Of a DNA stretch of 64,000 nucleotides, positions 31,072-42,622 are shown one piece after another. How positions within the stretch are numbered: the stretch's first letter is position 1; each line of letters opens with the position of its first letter. The notes under the pieces are model-generated. The model did not search any database. It was not told the DNA's origin and saw only the letters and a program-made list of their open reading frames with translations. The stretch is from Candidatus Thorarchaeota archaeon (GTDB lineage: Archaea; Asgardarchaeota; Thorarchaeia; Thorarchaeales; Thorarchaeaceae): NCBI GenBank assembly GCA_963726195.1, contig CAVSBO010000003.1, positions 96,001-160,000 on the forward strand, in the 5' to 3' direction. Both the position numbers and the translations under genes were made by a program.

Positions 31072-32632
31072 ATGAGGGTCGAGTTGCGTCAACTGTTGAA
31101 CCATTTACGTATGACAATAAAGACGCCATCGCTTTTGGCTTTCTATGCCATAATGATCTTCGGCGCCTATTTTGCCATGAGCATTTTCGCTGCGCTGTAT
31201 AGCTTTGCAACCTTGTTAGGTGGGCTATCGGATGTTCTAAGAGATGTCGTTGGCGGAGACATCTTGTTTTCAGCTGCAGGCTTGCTCACTCTGTCGTCAG
31301 TGCTATCAGGCTACATAGGTGGCGGACCGTCGTCGTCTCTGGAGACTTCTGATGAATATGTGATTATGCCTGCGCCGATCAGACCGCATCAGTTGCTCCT
31401 CACTCGATACACTAGGCGCCTGTTAAGAAGGCTTTCTATTTCGGGAGTAGCTCTCTTCACGCTCGTACCAGTATTTGTGAGCGCTCCCTCTCTTTTCATG
31501 CCAGTCCTGCAATTGGTACTCTCGACACTTCTTTTCATCGAGTTCAATCATTTCGTAGCGGAAGTCACCTCACAGCTGAAGACCAGGCTAGATGCAAGAG
31601 TGCACAGCAGACTTAGACATGTCACACTCTTTGTGCTAGCCGGCTTGGTATTTCTGCCTACGCTTTCACAGGTCGTTGGCGATCCCGGAATCATACTGCT
31701 CCTGCCGTCCAATGCATTCTCCATCGTAATTCTGGCGAATCTAGGTGTTCACTACTCTGTGGTCATGGAAGAAGTGGGAACTGTGTTCCTTCTCATTGGC
31801 TATTCAATCGGCCTGCTCACGTTAGCCAGCCTCTGCGACCAGAGCCTCTACGAGTCATTCGCAGCTGGGAGTTCTACAAAGGAGTCGGGAAACCGCTTTG
31901 GGAGGATGGCCCACGGCAGCGTGGATTTCTCAGACTACAGATTCAGCGATCCAATGGTGTCCATTATGGTCAAAGACTTCTGGAGCCGCATGCGAACACC
32001 ACTGCAATTCTGGAAATATGTCTACTTCGCAGCTGGCATGTTGCTTGTCTTGTGGTTGAACTTGGTTCAGCCTGCTTGGGTGCCTGGTCTACACATACCT
32101 TCACAGCTGAGCGCCTCGGCAGTTCTCGCGTTTCTAATGATGTTAATCATCTTGTGCCTGATGTCAAGCATGAGCAGCATGGTTCTCGTTCCTTGATGAA
32201 AAAGACAACATCTACCTACTGAAGGCGAGCCCATTCAGGAAGTCTGACATAATCCTAGCCAAGTACGTTGGAAGCCTGTTTGAGAGCACAGTATCCCTCT
32301 TGCCTGTGTTGGGTCTGTTCGTCTATTTCTTTCACCCCGAAGGCTCTCTGATATATGTGGCCCTGTCTATTCCTTTGCTAATATTGTTCAACGCTTCTGG
32401 GGTCATGATTGGTTCTTATGTACCAGTTCTGACAAACGATCCAGAGAACCCACCCATTCCGATGGTCTTCTCGTACCCAACGATCAATCTCGGAATGGGC
32501 GCTCTTGTTGTGCTCATCGTTAATGCTTTCCTGAAAAGCACGCTCCTTCTCTTGATACTGCCTACGCTCGTTGTGCTTCTGTCGGTTCTGTTCTTGGGTC
32601 TGTCAGTATTCGCTCTGGGTGCGTTCAAGTGA
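31072..32632 (+). CDS. ABC exporter permease (frameshift ~32185)
   Basis: Multi-TM protein downstream of the ATPase; DEKDNIYLLKASP..IILAKY continues in the shifted frame. Confidence 0.7.
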
Positions 32633-32839
32633 CCAAATCATTCTGACCCTGTCCGGTACTCAGACATTGCGTGTTGTCACGGCGAACCGGTTCCGACAAA
32701 CAATGATTATACAGACACTCACCTGATTACATCATACTTGACGTAATGTAGCCATTCATTGCATGCTCTGTACAAGTTACGAACAATTGTCACAGGGCCG
32801 GCAATTGGCTTCACTTCTGTGCCTTGCGTGAGAAGAAGG

Positions 32840-34643
32840 ATGTCGGTGTTGTCGGATAATACTAGTACGACGAAGCGAGACGATTCCCATGACCCGTATC
32901 AGGACATCCTCCAAATGGCGAATGATGGGATAGTTGTGGTGCAAGAGGGTCGGATTGCGGTCGCGAATCCTGCGTTCGCTAAGATGCTCGGCTACCAGGA
33001 ATCGAAGCTCCTTGGGATGGCCTTCGAGTCGCTTCTAGATCCTGTCGCGTCCCACCTATACGAGGAGAAACAGGAGGAATTTCGGTTCGGCCAACAGGAT
33101 AGACCCGCTTTTCGTGCAAGATTCGTCACCAGCGACAAGAGAGCATTAACTGCTGAAATCAGTACTGCGGATTTCGTCTTCAAAGGCCAGCCTGCAGTAA
33201 TCGTGCTCGTCAGGGATGTCACCCACCAGCTTGAGCTCGAGAGTTTGCTCGAACAATCCGAATCTCGGTACAGGATGATGTTCGAGTCTTCACCCATCGC
33301 TTGCTTCACCCTGAGCGCTTACGGGATAATCCAGAGTATGAACAATGCAGCAGAGAGGCTCGTGGGTTTCAAGTCCGACCAGCTGCTACACAGGAGTGTC
33401 TTGTCGCTTCTGCCCAAGGCCAAGGCAGAAGCAGAGGTGGCAAGATCGGTTCTGTCCGGTGCTCTGGAGGGGCGGACAATCGGAGATGAGGAAATCAAGC
33501 TCGCTACCTCAACGGGTCAAGATGTCTGGGTTAGTGTTAGCTCAAGTCTACTTTCTATGGAAGGGCAGTCATCGATAATAGCTCTCATGGCACTGGACAT
33601 ACATCAGAGAAAGATTGCTGAAGAGAGGGAGAAGGCACAACGTGAACGAGCGAATCTCTACCTCGAAGTCACCACACACGATCTCAACAACGTGAACCAG
33701 ACACTTCTATTCGTGACGGGCCTCATGGAGCTTTCATCTGACCTCTCTGACCAGACAAAGGAGATGGTGCGTCAAAGCAGCTGGAATGTGAGGAAATCCG
33801 CAAGATTGATTGCAAACCTGAAGCTGCTTATGGCACTGCGAGACACTCCACCCCTGGTTGCGAAAATAGACCCCTGCGCGACGCTTCAGAGCGCAGTTGA
33901 CGCCGTACAGCTTGATTTCCCATGGAAGACAATCAGGTTGAGCAGTAACCTGAGACCTGGTGCGTTCTTCCTCAGCTGCTAATCTGAACATCGAGGTTGT
34001 CTTCTTCAACATCATTCACAATTCCGCCAACTATGACCAGAGTGATTTGGTGGAGATTGACGTTGCCGCACGGAAGGACGAATCGAGCGGTGAAATCTGC
34101 TTCGAGTTCTGTGACAGAGGCCCGGGCATACCTGATTCCCTCAAGCAGTCCATATTCAAGCGAAGCGGCAGTCCGGATGCACAGACTGTAGGAAGAGGCT
34201 TAGGTCTAACCCTCGTTGACACGATTGTGAGGGGTCTTGGAGGCAAGGTGTGGGTAGAGGACCGTGCCAAAGGTCGCCCATCTCAAGGGTCTAAATTCGT
34301 TGTGTTGATACCTGAATGGAAGGAAGAGACCATCCTGCCATGTGGAAGAGGTACGTGCATCACATTCTACAAATCGGACAACTGCCTGTTCTGCGAGCAA
34401 GTCTTAGTTACCATAAGGGCCGCGCTCGAGGAATTGAGCATACCCGCTCAGATGGTACAGGTAGTCAACGTAGATGATCCTGATGCAGATGTGTCGGAGA
34501 ACGACGTACCCATGGTTCCCCTTGTGAGAATCTGCAAAGATAGGGATCTCACTGGATTGGTTTCTGATGACCAAGTCCGGTCTGCCCTTCTTGCATTAGT
34601 CGTGAAATCATGCTACCCCATGAATCGGGATATGCATTCGTGA
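32840..34643 (+). CDS. PAS-PAS sensor histidine kinase with C-terminal thioredoxin-fold CxxC domain (frameshift ~33975)
   Basis: Two PAS domains, THDLNN H-box, NIIHNS, DRGPGIP, GRGLGL; then TFYKSDNCLFCEQ..VPMVP. Confidence 0.85.
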
Positions 34644-34752
34644 GCCGGACTGAGCGGTACATCGTGGTTCGAAAAATAGCTGTGTGGCTGACCCCTAGAG
34701 CGGGTCAGACACACGAGGCGGTATGAAACCAATAGAACTTAGACTGCGCTTT

Positions 34753-35115
34753 CTAGAAGAACATGACCCTGTCGTGCTTGAGGACATCGTTCACCATTGC
34801 GGCAGCGCCGGCTATGACGATCCTCTTGTCGCGGAAGTCTTTCTCACTGAGCTTGCGGAATGTGGCAGAGTTAGAGCAGACCTCTATTTTTCCGCCTGCC
34901 TCTAGAAAGGAGTTGATCAAATCAGGCAAAGGCGGGAAACCCGGAGCCTTGATTTTCTCTGCAATACCTTTCTTCATCAGATAAACGGCGTCCATCATCA
35001 AGAAGATCTTGACATCGACATCCAGTGTCTGTGCAGTCGTGCCTGTTACAAACGGTCCGAAGCAGCGCTCTGCAGCTTCCGGTCCCCATTGTCCGACTAT
35101 GTATAGACTTGGCAT
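34753..35115 (-). CDS. DsrE family protein
   Basis: ERCFGPF, KIFLMMDAV, GGKIEVCS, IAGAA. Confidence 0.85.
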   Translation of the reverse strand: MPSLYIVGQWGPEAAERCFGPFVTGTTAQTLDVDVKIFLMMDAVYLMKKGIAEKIKAPGFPPLPDLINSFLEAGGKIEVCSNSATFRKLSEKDFRDKRIVIAGAAAMVNDVLKHDRVMFF

Positions 35116-35128
35116 TGAATTGTCACCT

Positions 35129-35548
35129 CTACATTACTGCAATCTGCGTGTAGTACAAAACCATTGCAAGAGCGAAGAACAGTGTCACGATCAGGTTTGT
35201 GATGTGAGAGCTGTGCATCGGTCCTCCCTGCATCGTCTTGAGCAGGATTGGCAGGACTTTCCCGAACTCCATCAGTGTTGCTACTAGCACAAGGACAAAG
35301 TCGAGTAGCAACAGAATGTGCAACAGGTCGAACATGACATGCATTGCCGGGGTTAGGAACAGCTGGTAAACCAGTGCAACCATTCCCACCATCATGGCAA
35401 TCATCAGTGTCATGACCTGGCTCATTAGATACATGCCCATTCTCCTAGCAAGCATGAAGCCCGAGAACATCGTGCTCATGCCCATGGCGAATAGCATGAA
35501 TAGCATGATTTGGAATATAGCCACGGTTTTACACCTAATTTTGGGCAA
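35129..35548 (-). CDS. Methionine-rich 4-TM membrane protein
   Basis: 22 Met in 139 aa; about 4 hydrophobic helices; ends 13 bp before the dsrE start. Confidence 0.65.
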   Translation of the reverse strand: MPKIRCKTVAIFQIMLFMLFAMGMSTMFSGFMLARRMGMYLMSQVMTLMIAMMVGMVALVYQLFLTPAMHVMFDLLHILLLLDFVLVLVATLMEFGKVLPILLKTMQGGPMHSSHITNLIVTLFFALAMVLYYTQIAVM

Positions 35549-35638
35549 ATGCGAATCGCTTCAAATAACTCTGTTGAAAGCGGCTATAGAGTAAGGGATA
35601 ATAGTGGAAGTCTCTGATGGCCTTTCTGAGGTTCTAAG

Positions 35639-35878
35639 ATGGTAACCTATACTGTAGCTCGAGAGCTCGATGCAACTGCCATGAGGTGCCCAATGCCCGT
35701 TCTTGAGTTGAAGAAAGCAATTGCTCAGGTCAAGGTGGGAGAGGTTGTGAAGGTCGTAGCAACTGATGTAGGCACCAAGAAAGACTTCCCTGCTTGGGCC
35801 GAGCGAACTGGCAACCAGATTCTCGAAGTGAAGCAAGAAAGCAACAAAATCATTTGGTTCATTAAGCGCTTGAAGTGA
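35639..35878 (+). CDS. tusA: Sulfur carrier TusA/SirA family protein
   Basis: LDATAMRCPMPV, ATD..DFPAWA..GN. Confidence 0.9.
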   Translation: MVTYTVARELDATAMRCPMPVLELKKAIAQVKVGEVVKVVATDVGTKKDFPAWAERTGNQILEVKQESNKIIWFIKRLK

Positions 35879-36022
35879 TTTGTTCACTCATGCAGTAGCC
35901 AGCGATCGCTAGCCAAATCCCGTGCCTAGGACAATCAGTGCCTGCGCCTGTGGCTCTTCTCTCGCCGGGCACTATTCTGATTGTGGATAGGGAGAGCCGA
36001 TTAACATCAGAGCATTGTTAAT

Positions 36023-36529
36023 ATGGCGACATCAGAGATTCGCTTGAAGGCGTCCCTGATGACCGTGATAGATGTCGTGGAAGATCTGCTCAAGCAGGCG
36101 GAAATCAACTACAGACGTGACGAGAAAGTCATCACAATGCACTGGAAGACAGATCATTTCGATGACCTGAAAGTCATAATAAAGACAAACCTCGACGAAT
36201 CGTGGACGTACGTCGCGGCGCCTTTCACGAGCCTCGACAAGGTGCCTCAAGCTCAGAAGATGAAGTTCCTGTATGACATGCTGAAGTCGTCTTGGTTGGT
36301 CAATGGGGTGAAGTACGCGGTCGATAATGATGATGACATCATGGTCATTGCGGAAACCAACGATTCAAGCCTCACAGTTCAGGAAGTCGAAATGTTCGTA
36401 AACAATGTTGTTCATGCCTGCGATACTCTTTGGGAAATCTACCCGAAAGAAGAAAAGAAGGCGGAGAAGCCAAAGGTACGAAAGAAAGCAGAAGAGTCGA
36501 GCGGGCGAAAGAAACCACAGAGAACATAG
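36023..36529 (+). CDS. YbjN-like domain protein with Lys-rich tail
   Basis: Alpha/beta pattern LKSSW..GVKYAVDNDDDIMV resembling YbjN/T3SS-chaperone fold. Confidence 0.6.
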   Translation: MATSEIRLKASLMTVIDVVEDLLKQAEINYRRDEKVITMHWKTDHFDDLKVIIKTNLDESWTYVAAPFTSLDKVPQAQKMKFLYDMLKSSWLVNGVKYAVDNDDDIMVIAETNDSSLTVQEVEMFVNNVVHACDTLWEIYPKEEKKAEKPKVRKKAEESSGRKKPQRT

Positions 36530-36733
36530 AACAACGACTTGACACGAGATTTCATGCGGAAAGTGCGTGATATGCACCAACATCTCACGTGAACCCACTC
36601 CATCTCATCGCCTCTGTCGTGTGTTCCCTTTCGGTTTCGTTGAGGACAGTCTCAAATGCAACTGGCAAGTGCAGGCAAGAAGCAAAGACATCAAATTGAT
36701 AAGACCCTCATCCTGCTCGTAGAAGGGACCAAC

Positions 36734-37291
36734 ATGAGTCAGGGCGTTGCCAATCTTCAATCCAATCCGGACGACAGAGAAAGGCTGTTAATGATCATGT
36801 TCAGGAAACGCACAGGCTTCTTGTTCTACTATGTATTTGGCGCAATGCTTTCAGGCATTGGTGTTCTTGGCAACGTCGCAACCGCCGCCGGATTCGTTGA
36901 GCAGAGCTGGATAAGATGGGAGCTTGGTGTTGCCGTCATAATCAGCGGGGTTCTCATAATAGCAGCGGCCGAAATCAAGAGGAGACTCACACTCTACATC
37001 CTGACCACTTGGAATGTGAGAATAAGGAAAGGGATAATGAAGAGAACTACTATCCGTGTCTTCTATGACGAGATATCGGCTGTTGACACTTCGATGAATC
37101 CGGATGAGAAATCTATCGGAATCGGAGACCTTAGAGTGTATTCGAACGATAGCAAGGAAAAGCCGACAGTCGTGTTTACTGATATATACAATCCTGACGG
37201 CATTCGCGAGATTGTCCTCCGCATGATGCAGACAACCCCAGCTCCCGTGCCGTGGGTCCATGTCCCAAGAACGCACACGGTTGTCTTCTAA
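36734..37291 (+). CDS. Membrane protein with bacterial PH (bPH_2) domain
   Basis: Two TMs, then YILTT..RKGI..ISAVD..IGIGDL..DIYNP. Confidence 0.75.
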   Translation: MSQGVANLQSNPDDRERLLMIMFRKRTGFLFYYVFGAMLSGIGVLGNVATAAGFVEQSWIRWELGVAVIISGVLIIAAAEIKRRLTLYILTTWNVRIRKGIMKRTTIRVFYDEISAVDTSMNPDEKSIGIGDLRVYSNDSKEKPTVVFTDIYNPDGIREIVLRMMQTTPAPVPWVHVPRTHTVVF

Positions 37292-37393
37292 TCGAACTCC
37301 ACTTACATTGCCTTCAGATCTTGTTGGTCGGGCACTGATGTATCACCGGGGTATGGCTAACGGTTATCATCCCTTCTGTGCGTAGTTAGTCTC

Positions 37394-37570
37394 ATGACGA
37401 GACATCTGACAGTCAAGATTCCTGAAGACTTCAAAATGATGTGGGTCAGGAAGAACCTGCAGTATGGCCTCGGTTACTCTTCTTTCCCTGAGTTCATCAA
37501 AGACTGCATGAGGCGTCGCTTCGAGGAAATCGACAGGAAATCGACCGCACGCAAGGCTGGTCAAGCGTGA
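37394..37570 (+). CDS. Ribbon-helix-helix (CopG-like) regulator, 58 aa; not in the ORF track
   Basis: MTRHLTVKIPEDFK..GLGYSSFPEFIKDCMRRRFEE. Confidence 0.7.
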   Translation: MTRHLTVKIPEDFKMMWVRKNLQYGLGYSSFPEFIKDCMRRRFEEIDRKSTARKAGQA

Positions 37571-37703
37571 CATAACACCCGAAAGGTGCAGCACAAGAAG
37601 CAGTTAGAAGGTTAACCCTGACACGCCATTCCAAGTGTGGCCTTTCATGCCCGTATCGTCTCCCCTTGCGAAACCGGATGTGCGAACCTGGCAGACCTAC
37701 AGA

Positions 37704-38588
37704 CTACTCTCCAGCAAATCCCCACTCAGAAGGAATATGCATTCGAGGCTCTGTCTTGTAGTAGCCCAGCACCTTCTCGAACTCCTTGTTGACATTCAAT
37801 GCCATCCTAGCGATGCAATCGTATAGCATCAGGGTTTCGTTGTCTGGAAGCGGATCGCTCAGTTTTTGGTCGAGAAATCCCCAGCCTCCGTCCCAGGGAA
37901 GAATCTCGATTCTGTTCAGAGAGAGAAAGTCTCGCACTACATTTCCCCAGATGAATCGAAGACCGTGCATGTCCATGATACCAAACTTGTCCGGGTCGCC
38001 CCTTCCCGTACGACACATTTCCCAAGCCCTGCCGGCATTGATGAACCCCTCAGGTGGAACATCCAAGGGATTAAACGAAATATGAAGGGCCTCCTTTTGA
38101 AGCGAATCGAGTTGGGAGTCCACCATCGCCCAGCGTTTCAGTTTCGGTTCCCAGTATTCACAGACCCAATGGTCCTCATAATGATTGGGCATGAAGTACG
38201 CACCGAACCCGCAGCGGGCTCTTGCTGGTATGCCTTTATGCCGCAATATAGTACAGAGCAGGACAGAGAAGTCCCGACAGTTTCCTACCTGTCGCTCCTG
38301 CAGTGGTCTAGGTATGCTAAGTGGCTGGTCATTCTTTTCTGACATCATTGCGAGCTTTTCGGCAACGGGGCGAATTTGCAGGCTGAGCTGTTGATCCTCG
38401 GTCAAAGCAAGTCCCATGCGTTCGGCCCAGAAGACATGAACCAAGTTGGTCTGCACTACCTGGCAAATTGAAGCCAAGTCGTTAGGAATACCTACCAACA
38501 TTGAAGCATATGTGCCCGGATTTGTCATTACGCCGGGTCTTGAATAGAAGGAAAGAGGATTCACGACCTGCCGCTGAAGCCTGCGCAC
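37704..38588 (-). CDS. Transglutaminase-like domain protein
   Basis: GNCRDFS, GIPARARCGF, EDHWVCEYW, VDSQ (Cys-His-Asp triad). Confidence 0.85.
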   Translation of the reverse strand: MRRLQRQVVNPLSFYSRPGVMTNPGTYASMLVGIPNDLASICQVVQTNLVHVFWAERMGLALTEDQQLSLQIRPVAEKLAMMSEKNDQPLSIPRPLQERQVGNCRDFSVLLCTILRHKGIPARARCGFGAYFMPNHYEDHWVCEYWEPKLKRWAMVDSQLDSLQKEALHISFNPLDVPPEGFINAGRAWEMCRTGRGDPDKFGIMDMHGLRFIWGNVVRDFLSLNRIEILPWDGGWGFLDQKLSDPLPDNETLMLYDCIARMALNVNKEFEKVLGYYKTEPRMHIPSEWGFAGE

Positions 38589-38767
38589 TTAAGTCTGGGG
38601 GCACATGCCTTTCGCTTCATAGGGTGACAGGAAACAAGAGCAGCATCCAATCCCTCTGAATCAGAAACAGAATGTAACACTAAAAAGGATAGAGACCACC
38701 AATTAGCTCAATCAATAGAGAGTTCATACGGGTCAGTATCCACACAACACAATGGGAGCAATCACAG

Positions 38768-40231
38768 ATGCCACTCATGACCGGCAAGGAATACCGAGAG
38801 AGCCTCAAGAAAAGGAAGCCGCTTACTATCTTCCTCCATGGAGATAAGATCGAGAATCCAATCGAGCACCCGATCATAAAGGCGTCAATTAACTCATTGG
38901 CGCTGACATACGACCTTGCCTCCGACACGCAATACCGCGAACTGATGACCGTCAAGTCCTCGTTGACTGGAAACACTATCAATCGCTTCTGCCATTTGCA
39001 TCAAAGCACTGAGGATCTCCAAAACAAGGTTCGAATGCTGAGACTGCTTGGGCAGAAATGCGGAACATGCTTTCAGCGCTGCGTTGGTATGGACGCATTG
39101 AACGCGGTTTTCCTCACAACTTATGAGATTGATCAGAGTCATGGCACAGACTATCATCAACGTTTCACTGAGTACGTGAAGATGGCGGAGAAGAAGGATT
39201 GGACAATTGATGGAGCGATGACCGATCCGAAAGGAGACCGGAGCAAGCGTCCTTCTGAGCAAAAAGACCCTGATGTCTACGTCCATGTTGTCGAGAGACG
39301 AAAGGATGGCGTTGTTATCCGCGGTGCGAAAGCTCACCAAACCGGCGCCATCAATTCCCATGAACACCTAATCATGCCCACGGCCGCACTGCAGAAAGAG
39401 GACCGCGATTATGCGATTTGTTGCGCTGTTCCTGCAGATGCTCCGGGCATCACTTACTATTATGGACGACAATCGTCGGACATGCGTCGACTTGATGAGA
39501 GTGTCGAGGGCGACATCGATTGCGGTAACCCGACGTACGGAGGTCAGGAATGTCTCGTCGTCTTTGATAACGTATTCGTGCCGAACGACCGCATCTTCAT
39601 GAACGGGGAGACTGACCTCTGCGGAAGGCTCGTCGAATCTTTCGCCGCCTATCATCGCCAAAGCTATGGAGGCTGCAAAGTTGGGGTTGGTGACGTGCTA
39701 ATCGGCGCGGCGGCCACTATCGCAGAATACAACGGCGTTCTCCAGGCGTCTCACATCCGGGACAAACTCACAGAAATGACGCATCTCAACGAGACCCTAT
39801 ACTCATGTGGTATGGCTTGCTCAGCATGCGGCAGCAAGACTCCAGCAGGTAACTACCTCGTTGACATCCTTCTTGCAAACGTGTGCAAGCAGAATGTCAC
39901 GCGCTTTCCTTTCGAGATTGCACGCATTTTGCAGGACATAGCGGGCGGACTGTTTGTCACTTGTCCGAGTGCCCGTGAGCTCAGGAATCCCCAGACTCGG
40001 AAGATCATCGACAAGTACCTGGCAGGTGCAGAGGGAGTAGAGACGGTAAATCGTATCAAGATGCTTCGGCTGATTGAGAACCTAACGCTAGGAAGAGCGG
40101 CGGTCGGATACTTGACCGAATCAATGCATGGTGCCGGTTCGCCTCAGGCACAGAGAATCATGATCCACCGTTTGGCCAACATTGAGGAGAAGAAGAAGAT
40201 GGCCAAGCTGTTGGCTCAAATCAAGGAGTAG
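38768..40231 (+). CDS. abfD: 4-hydroxybutyryl-CoA dehydratase/vinylacetyl-CoA isomerase
   Basis: CGTCFQRCVGMD, MTDPKGDRS, YHRQSYGGCK, ESMHGAGSPQAQ. Confidence 0.93.
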   Translation: MPLMTGKEYRESLKKRKPLTIFLHGDKIENPIEHPIIKASINSLALTYDLASDTQYRELMTVKSSLTGNTINRFCHLHQSTEDLQNKVRMLRLLGQKCGTCFQRCVGMDALNAVFLTTYEIDQSHGTDYHQRFTEYVKMAEKKDWTIDGAMTDPKGDRSKRPSEQKDPDVYVHVVERRKDGVVIRGAKAHQTGAINSHEHLIMPTAALQKEDRDYAICCAVPADAPGITYYYGRQSSDMRRLDESVEGDIDCGNPTYGGQECLVVFDNVFVPNDRIFMNGETDLCGRLVESFAAYHRQSYGGCKVGVGDVLIGAAATIAEYNGVLQASHIRDKLTEMTHLNETLYSCGMACSACGSKTPAGNYLVDILLANVCKQNVTRFPFEIARILQDIAGGLFVTCPSARELRNPQTRKIIDKYLAGAEGVETVNRIKMLRLIENLTLGRAAVGYLTESMHGAGSPQAQRIMIHRLANIEEKKKMAKLLAQIKE

Positions 40232-40266
40232 TATCTGCCTAGCGCTTGACTCAGAGGTCTTGAGTG

Positions 40267-41680
40267 ATGGGCAAAGTCACCTTGGATGTATGCCGAGGAA
40301 AGGTGAAGGAGTCCATCGACGTACCTGATGACTCCGTCTATCTCGGTGCCCAAGGCTTGACCTCTATCGACCTTAGCCCGCTGTCAGAATCCACAAGACT
40401 ACAGAATCTCTGGCTCTACAACAACGGCATAGAAGACTTGGACCTGACCGCCCTTGGCTCATGTACCCATTTGCGTTCGCTTTCATTGCGGAACAACCGT
40501 CTGAATTCCCTGAACCTTAAGCCCCTAGGCCAGTGTTTGCGTCTTGAAGAGCTGGACCTGTCAGATAATGAGATCAGAAATGTCGACCTTGAGCCAATTG
40601 GCTGGCTCAACAACCTGCGACGGCTAGACCTCAGCGGCAACTCTCTGAAGAGGTTGGTTCTGAATCCCATTGCGTCGTGCTCGAATCTCGGAGCACTAGT
40701 CATAGGAGATTCCGAATCGCGCCGGTCCGATTCTCTGAGGGCAAAAGATGAAGCATCAGTGCAACGCAGTTGGGATTTCCGCTTTGTTGAAGCTGTCGAT
40801 GTGAGCCCACTAGTTTGGTGTGACCATCTTTCAACATTTGTAGCTAGAGGTCAGGTCGATCTGACTCTGGACCCCGCCCTCTGGTATGTTGCGGCCACCA
40901 AGGTCCTTGCTAGTGCTGACACAGTGACATCGGCTCCACGCGACAAGGCTGCTCCAGTACTGGCTTGGATGAACCCGTCGCTCTTTTCGAGGCTAACACC
41001 TCTGAATTACGAAGCAATCGCCACTCAGACCGATACTCGAAATCTTCGAAGCATTATCATCCGTAACATCAAGAGGGTGTCGAGAAAGCACTGGTATCAT
41101 TCACAAAAGGGCATGCTTGAGGGCTTTGCGCTCCCGCAACTCTCGGGATATGACGGAAACCCGCTATCAATCCTGGATCTGCCTTCTTTCCCACGAGAGT
41201 ATGCCGGATTCAGGACCGCCTTGCGTAAGCACGTTGTAAGCCTCGTTCGCAGGCAGATTGCTGCCGGCGGGCCCACTTTGTTCATGGAGGTCGATGCCCT
41301 GCTAACCGAAGATGAATCAGCTTTGGCAAAGGCAGTTGTGCGAGCTGAGGAAGGAGGAGATGGATGGGTTAGTTGTGCCAACCGACGGACGTTCTGCTGA
41401 TGTGAGCAGATTGAGTGTGACAAGCTACGGGCTCTCCATAATTAGGGCTCTAGGTGAACAACGGGCGAAAATCCCTTTATCAAACTTCAATAGGGTTCAA
41501 GCTGCACTTAGAGATGCTGGGTTCAACATAAGGAGTGAACGCGGCAAGCCCAGCAGGCTTGGGTCTCCTCCCGCGCCAAGGGTTTCCGCCAGCCTCATCA
41601 GCTTTGTTGTCAATAGTAGGATGGACCTTTCCCCGATGAAGGGGCCGGACCGGATGTCCGCCTTCGAATCCGGTCCCTAA
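40267..41680 (+). CDS. Leucine-rich repeat protein (frameshift ~41345)
   Basis: Repeated L..L.L..N.I..LDL.PL units; GPTLF and TSYG C-terminal region. Confidence 0.8.
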
Positions 41681-41704
41681 CGAGTATTCAGAATCGGGAA
41701 CGTC

Positions 41705-42622
41705 TCAGTGAGGAGACCCCGTGGTCTGACCTGGGACCACGCGTTCAAGTGGGACGTCTTGAGCACCTAGTCGCCTGCTAATGCCTTGGACTGCTCTCGA
41801 CATCCATTTCATTATTATTTCATTGAGCATGATGACTGGCAACACAAACGACATCAGGAGCAATGGAACTCCAATAGTTGTGAGTAGACCCAGCGTCAGG
41901 TTTCCGCTGGTCATGGGCACCCCTCGGACGAAGAAAGGTACGTAGAAGTACGTGTAGACCATTGCGATGGGAAAGCCCAGCAGAGCAAATCCACTGATGT
42001 AACTGCTGTACCAGCGGCCTACGCCTTCTGTATGTGGGGGCCGGCGGTTGTCCAACTGTTCCGGCTTCAGGTGGGTCACAATCCCGCTATCGTCCAAAGC
42101 CCAAGTTGGCATGAAGATTGCAAGGGCCACTGGGAGAACCACCAATGAGGACAGTATTGAGAGGAGGGGGTTTATCACCGTATGTTCAAATTGGACGTTG
42201 ACGAGGGGAATAGGCTCGAAAGGCCAGTTGCCGACAAGACTGAGGAGAAGGTCACCAAAAGAGAGAGCAAACAAGGCCGGCATTGCAGCGCGCCTCACCA
42301 TTCTGTAGGCTCCAAACTTGGTTCCGAGTTTCATTACGCTCTGAGTATAAGCTGTGGACTTGACTAGCTTGTTTCCAATCAGCATTAGCGACGCTAGGGG
42401 AATCGTGAGAATGAGAAACTCAACTAGGTATAAGGGAATGACAACCATGAGAAGGAATTGCGCGTCTGACGGCGTAGTACCTGAAACAGCGGGTATCAAA
42501 TCATACGTTGGCTTCTGAGCATAAAGGAACTCACTAAGCCGGTTGACGAAGAAGACGGTCAATGAGATCCCGCTGGCTGCCAGCAGGATAGTCAAGAGAA
42601 AACGGTTCGATTGTGCGTGCAT
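41705..42622 (-). CDS. Multi-pass membrane protein, unknown function
   Basis: About 6 TM helices; WALDDSGI..EGVGRWY. Confidence 0.7.
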   Translation of the reverse strand: MHAQSNRFLLTILLAASGISLTVFFVNRLSEFLYAQKPTYDLIPAVSGTTPSDAQFLLMVVIPLYLVEFLILTIPLASLMLIGNKLVKSTAYTQSVMKLGTKFGAYRMVRRAAMPALFALSFGDLLLSLVGNWPFEPIPLVNVQFEHTVINPLLSILSSLVVLPVALAIFMPTWALDDSGIVTHLKPEQLDNRRPPHTEGVGRWYSSYISGFALLGFPIAMVYTYFYVPFFVRGVPMTSGNLTLGLLTTIGVPLLLMSFVLPVIMLNEIIMKWMSRAVQGISRRLGAQDVPLERVVPGQTTGSPH

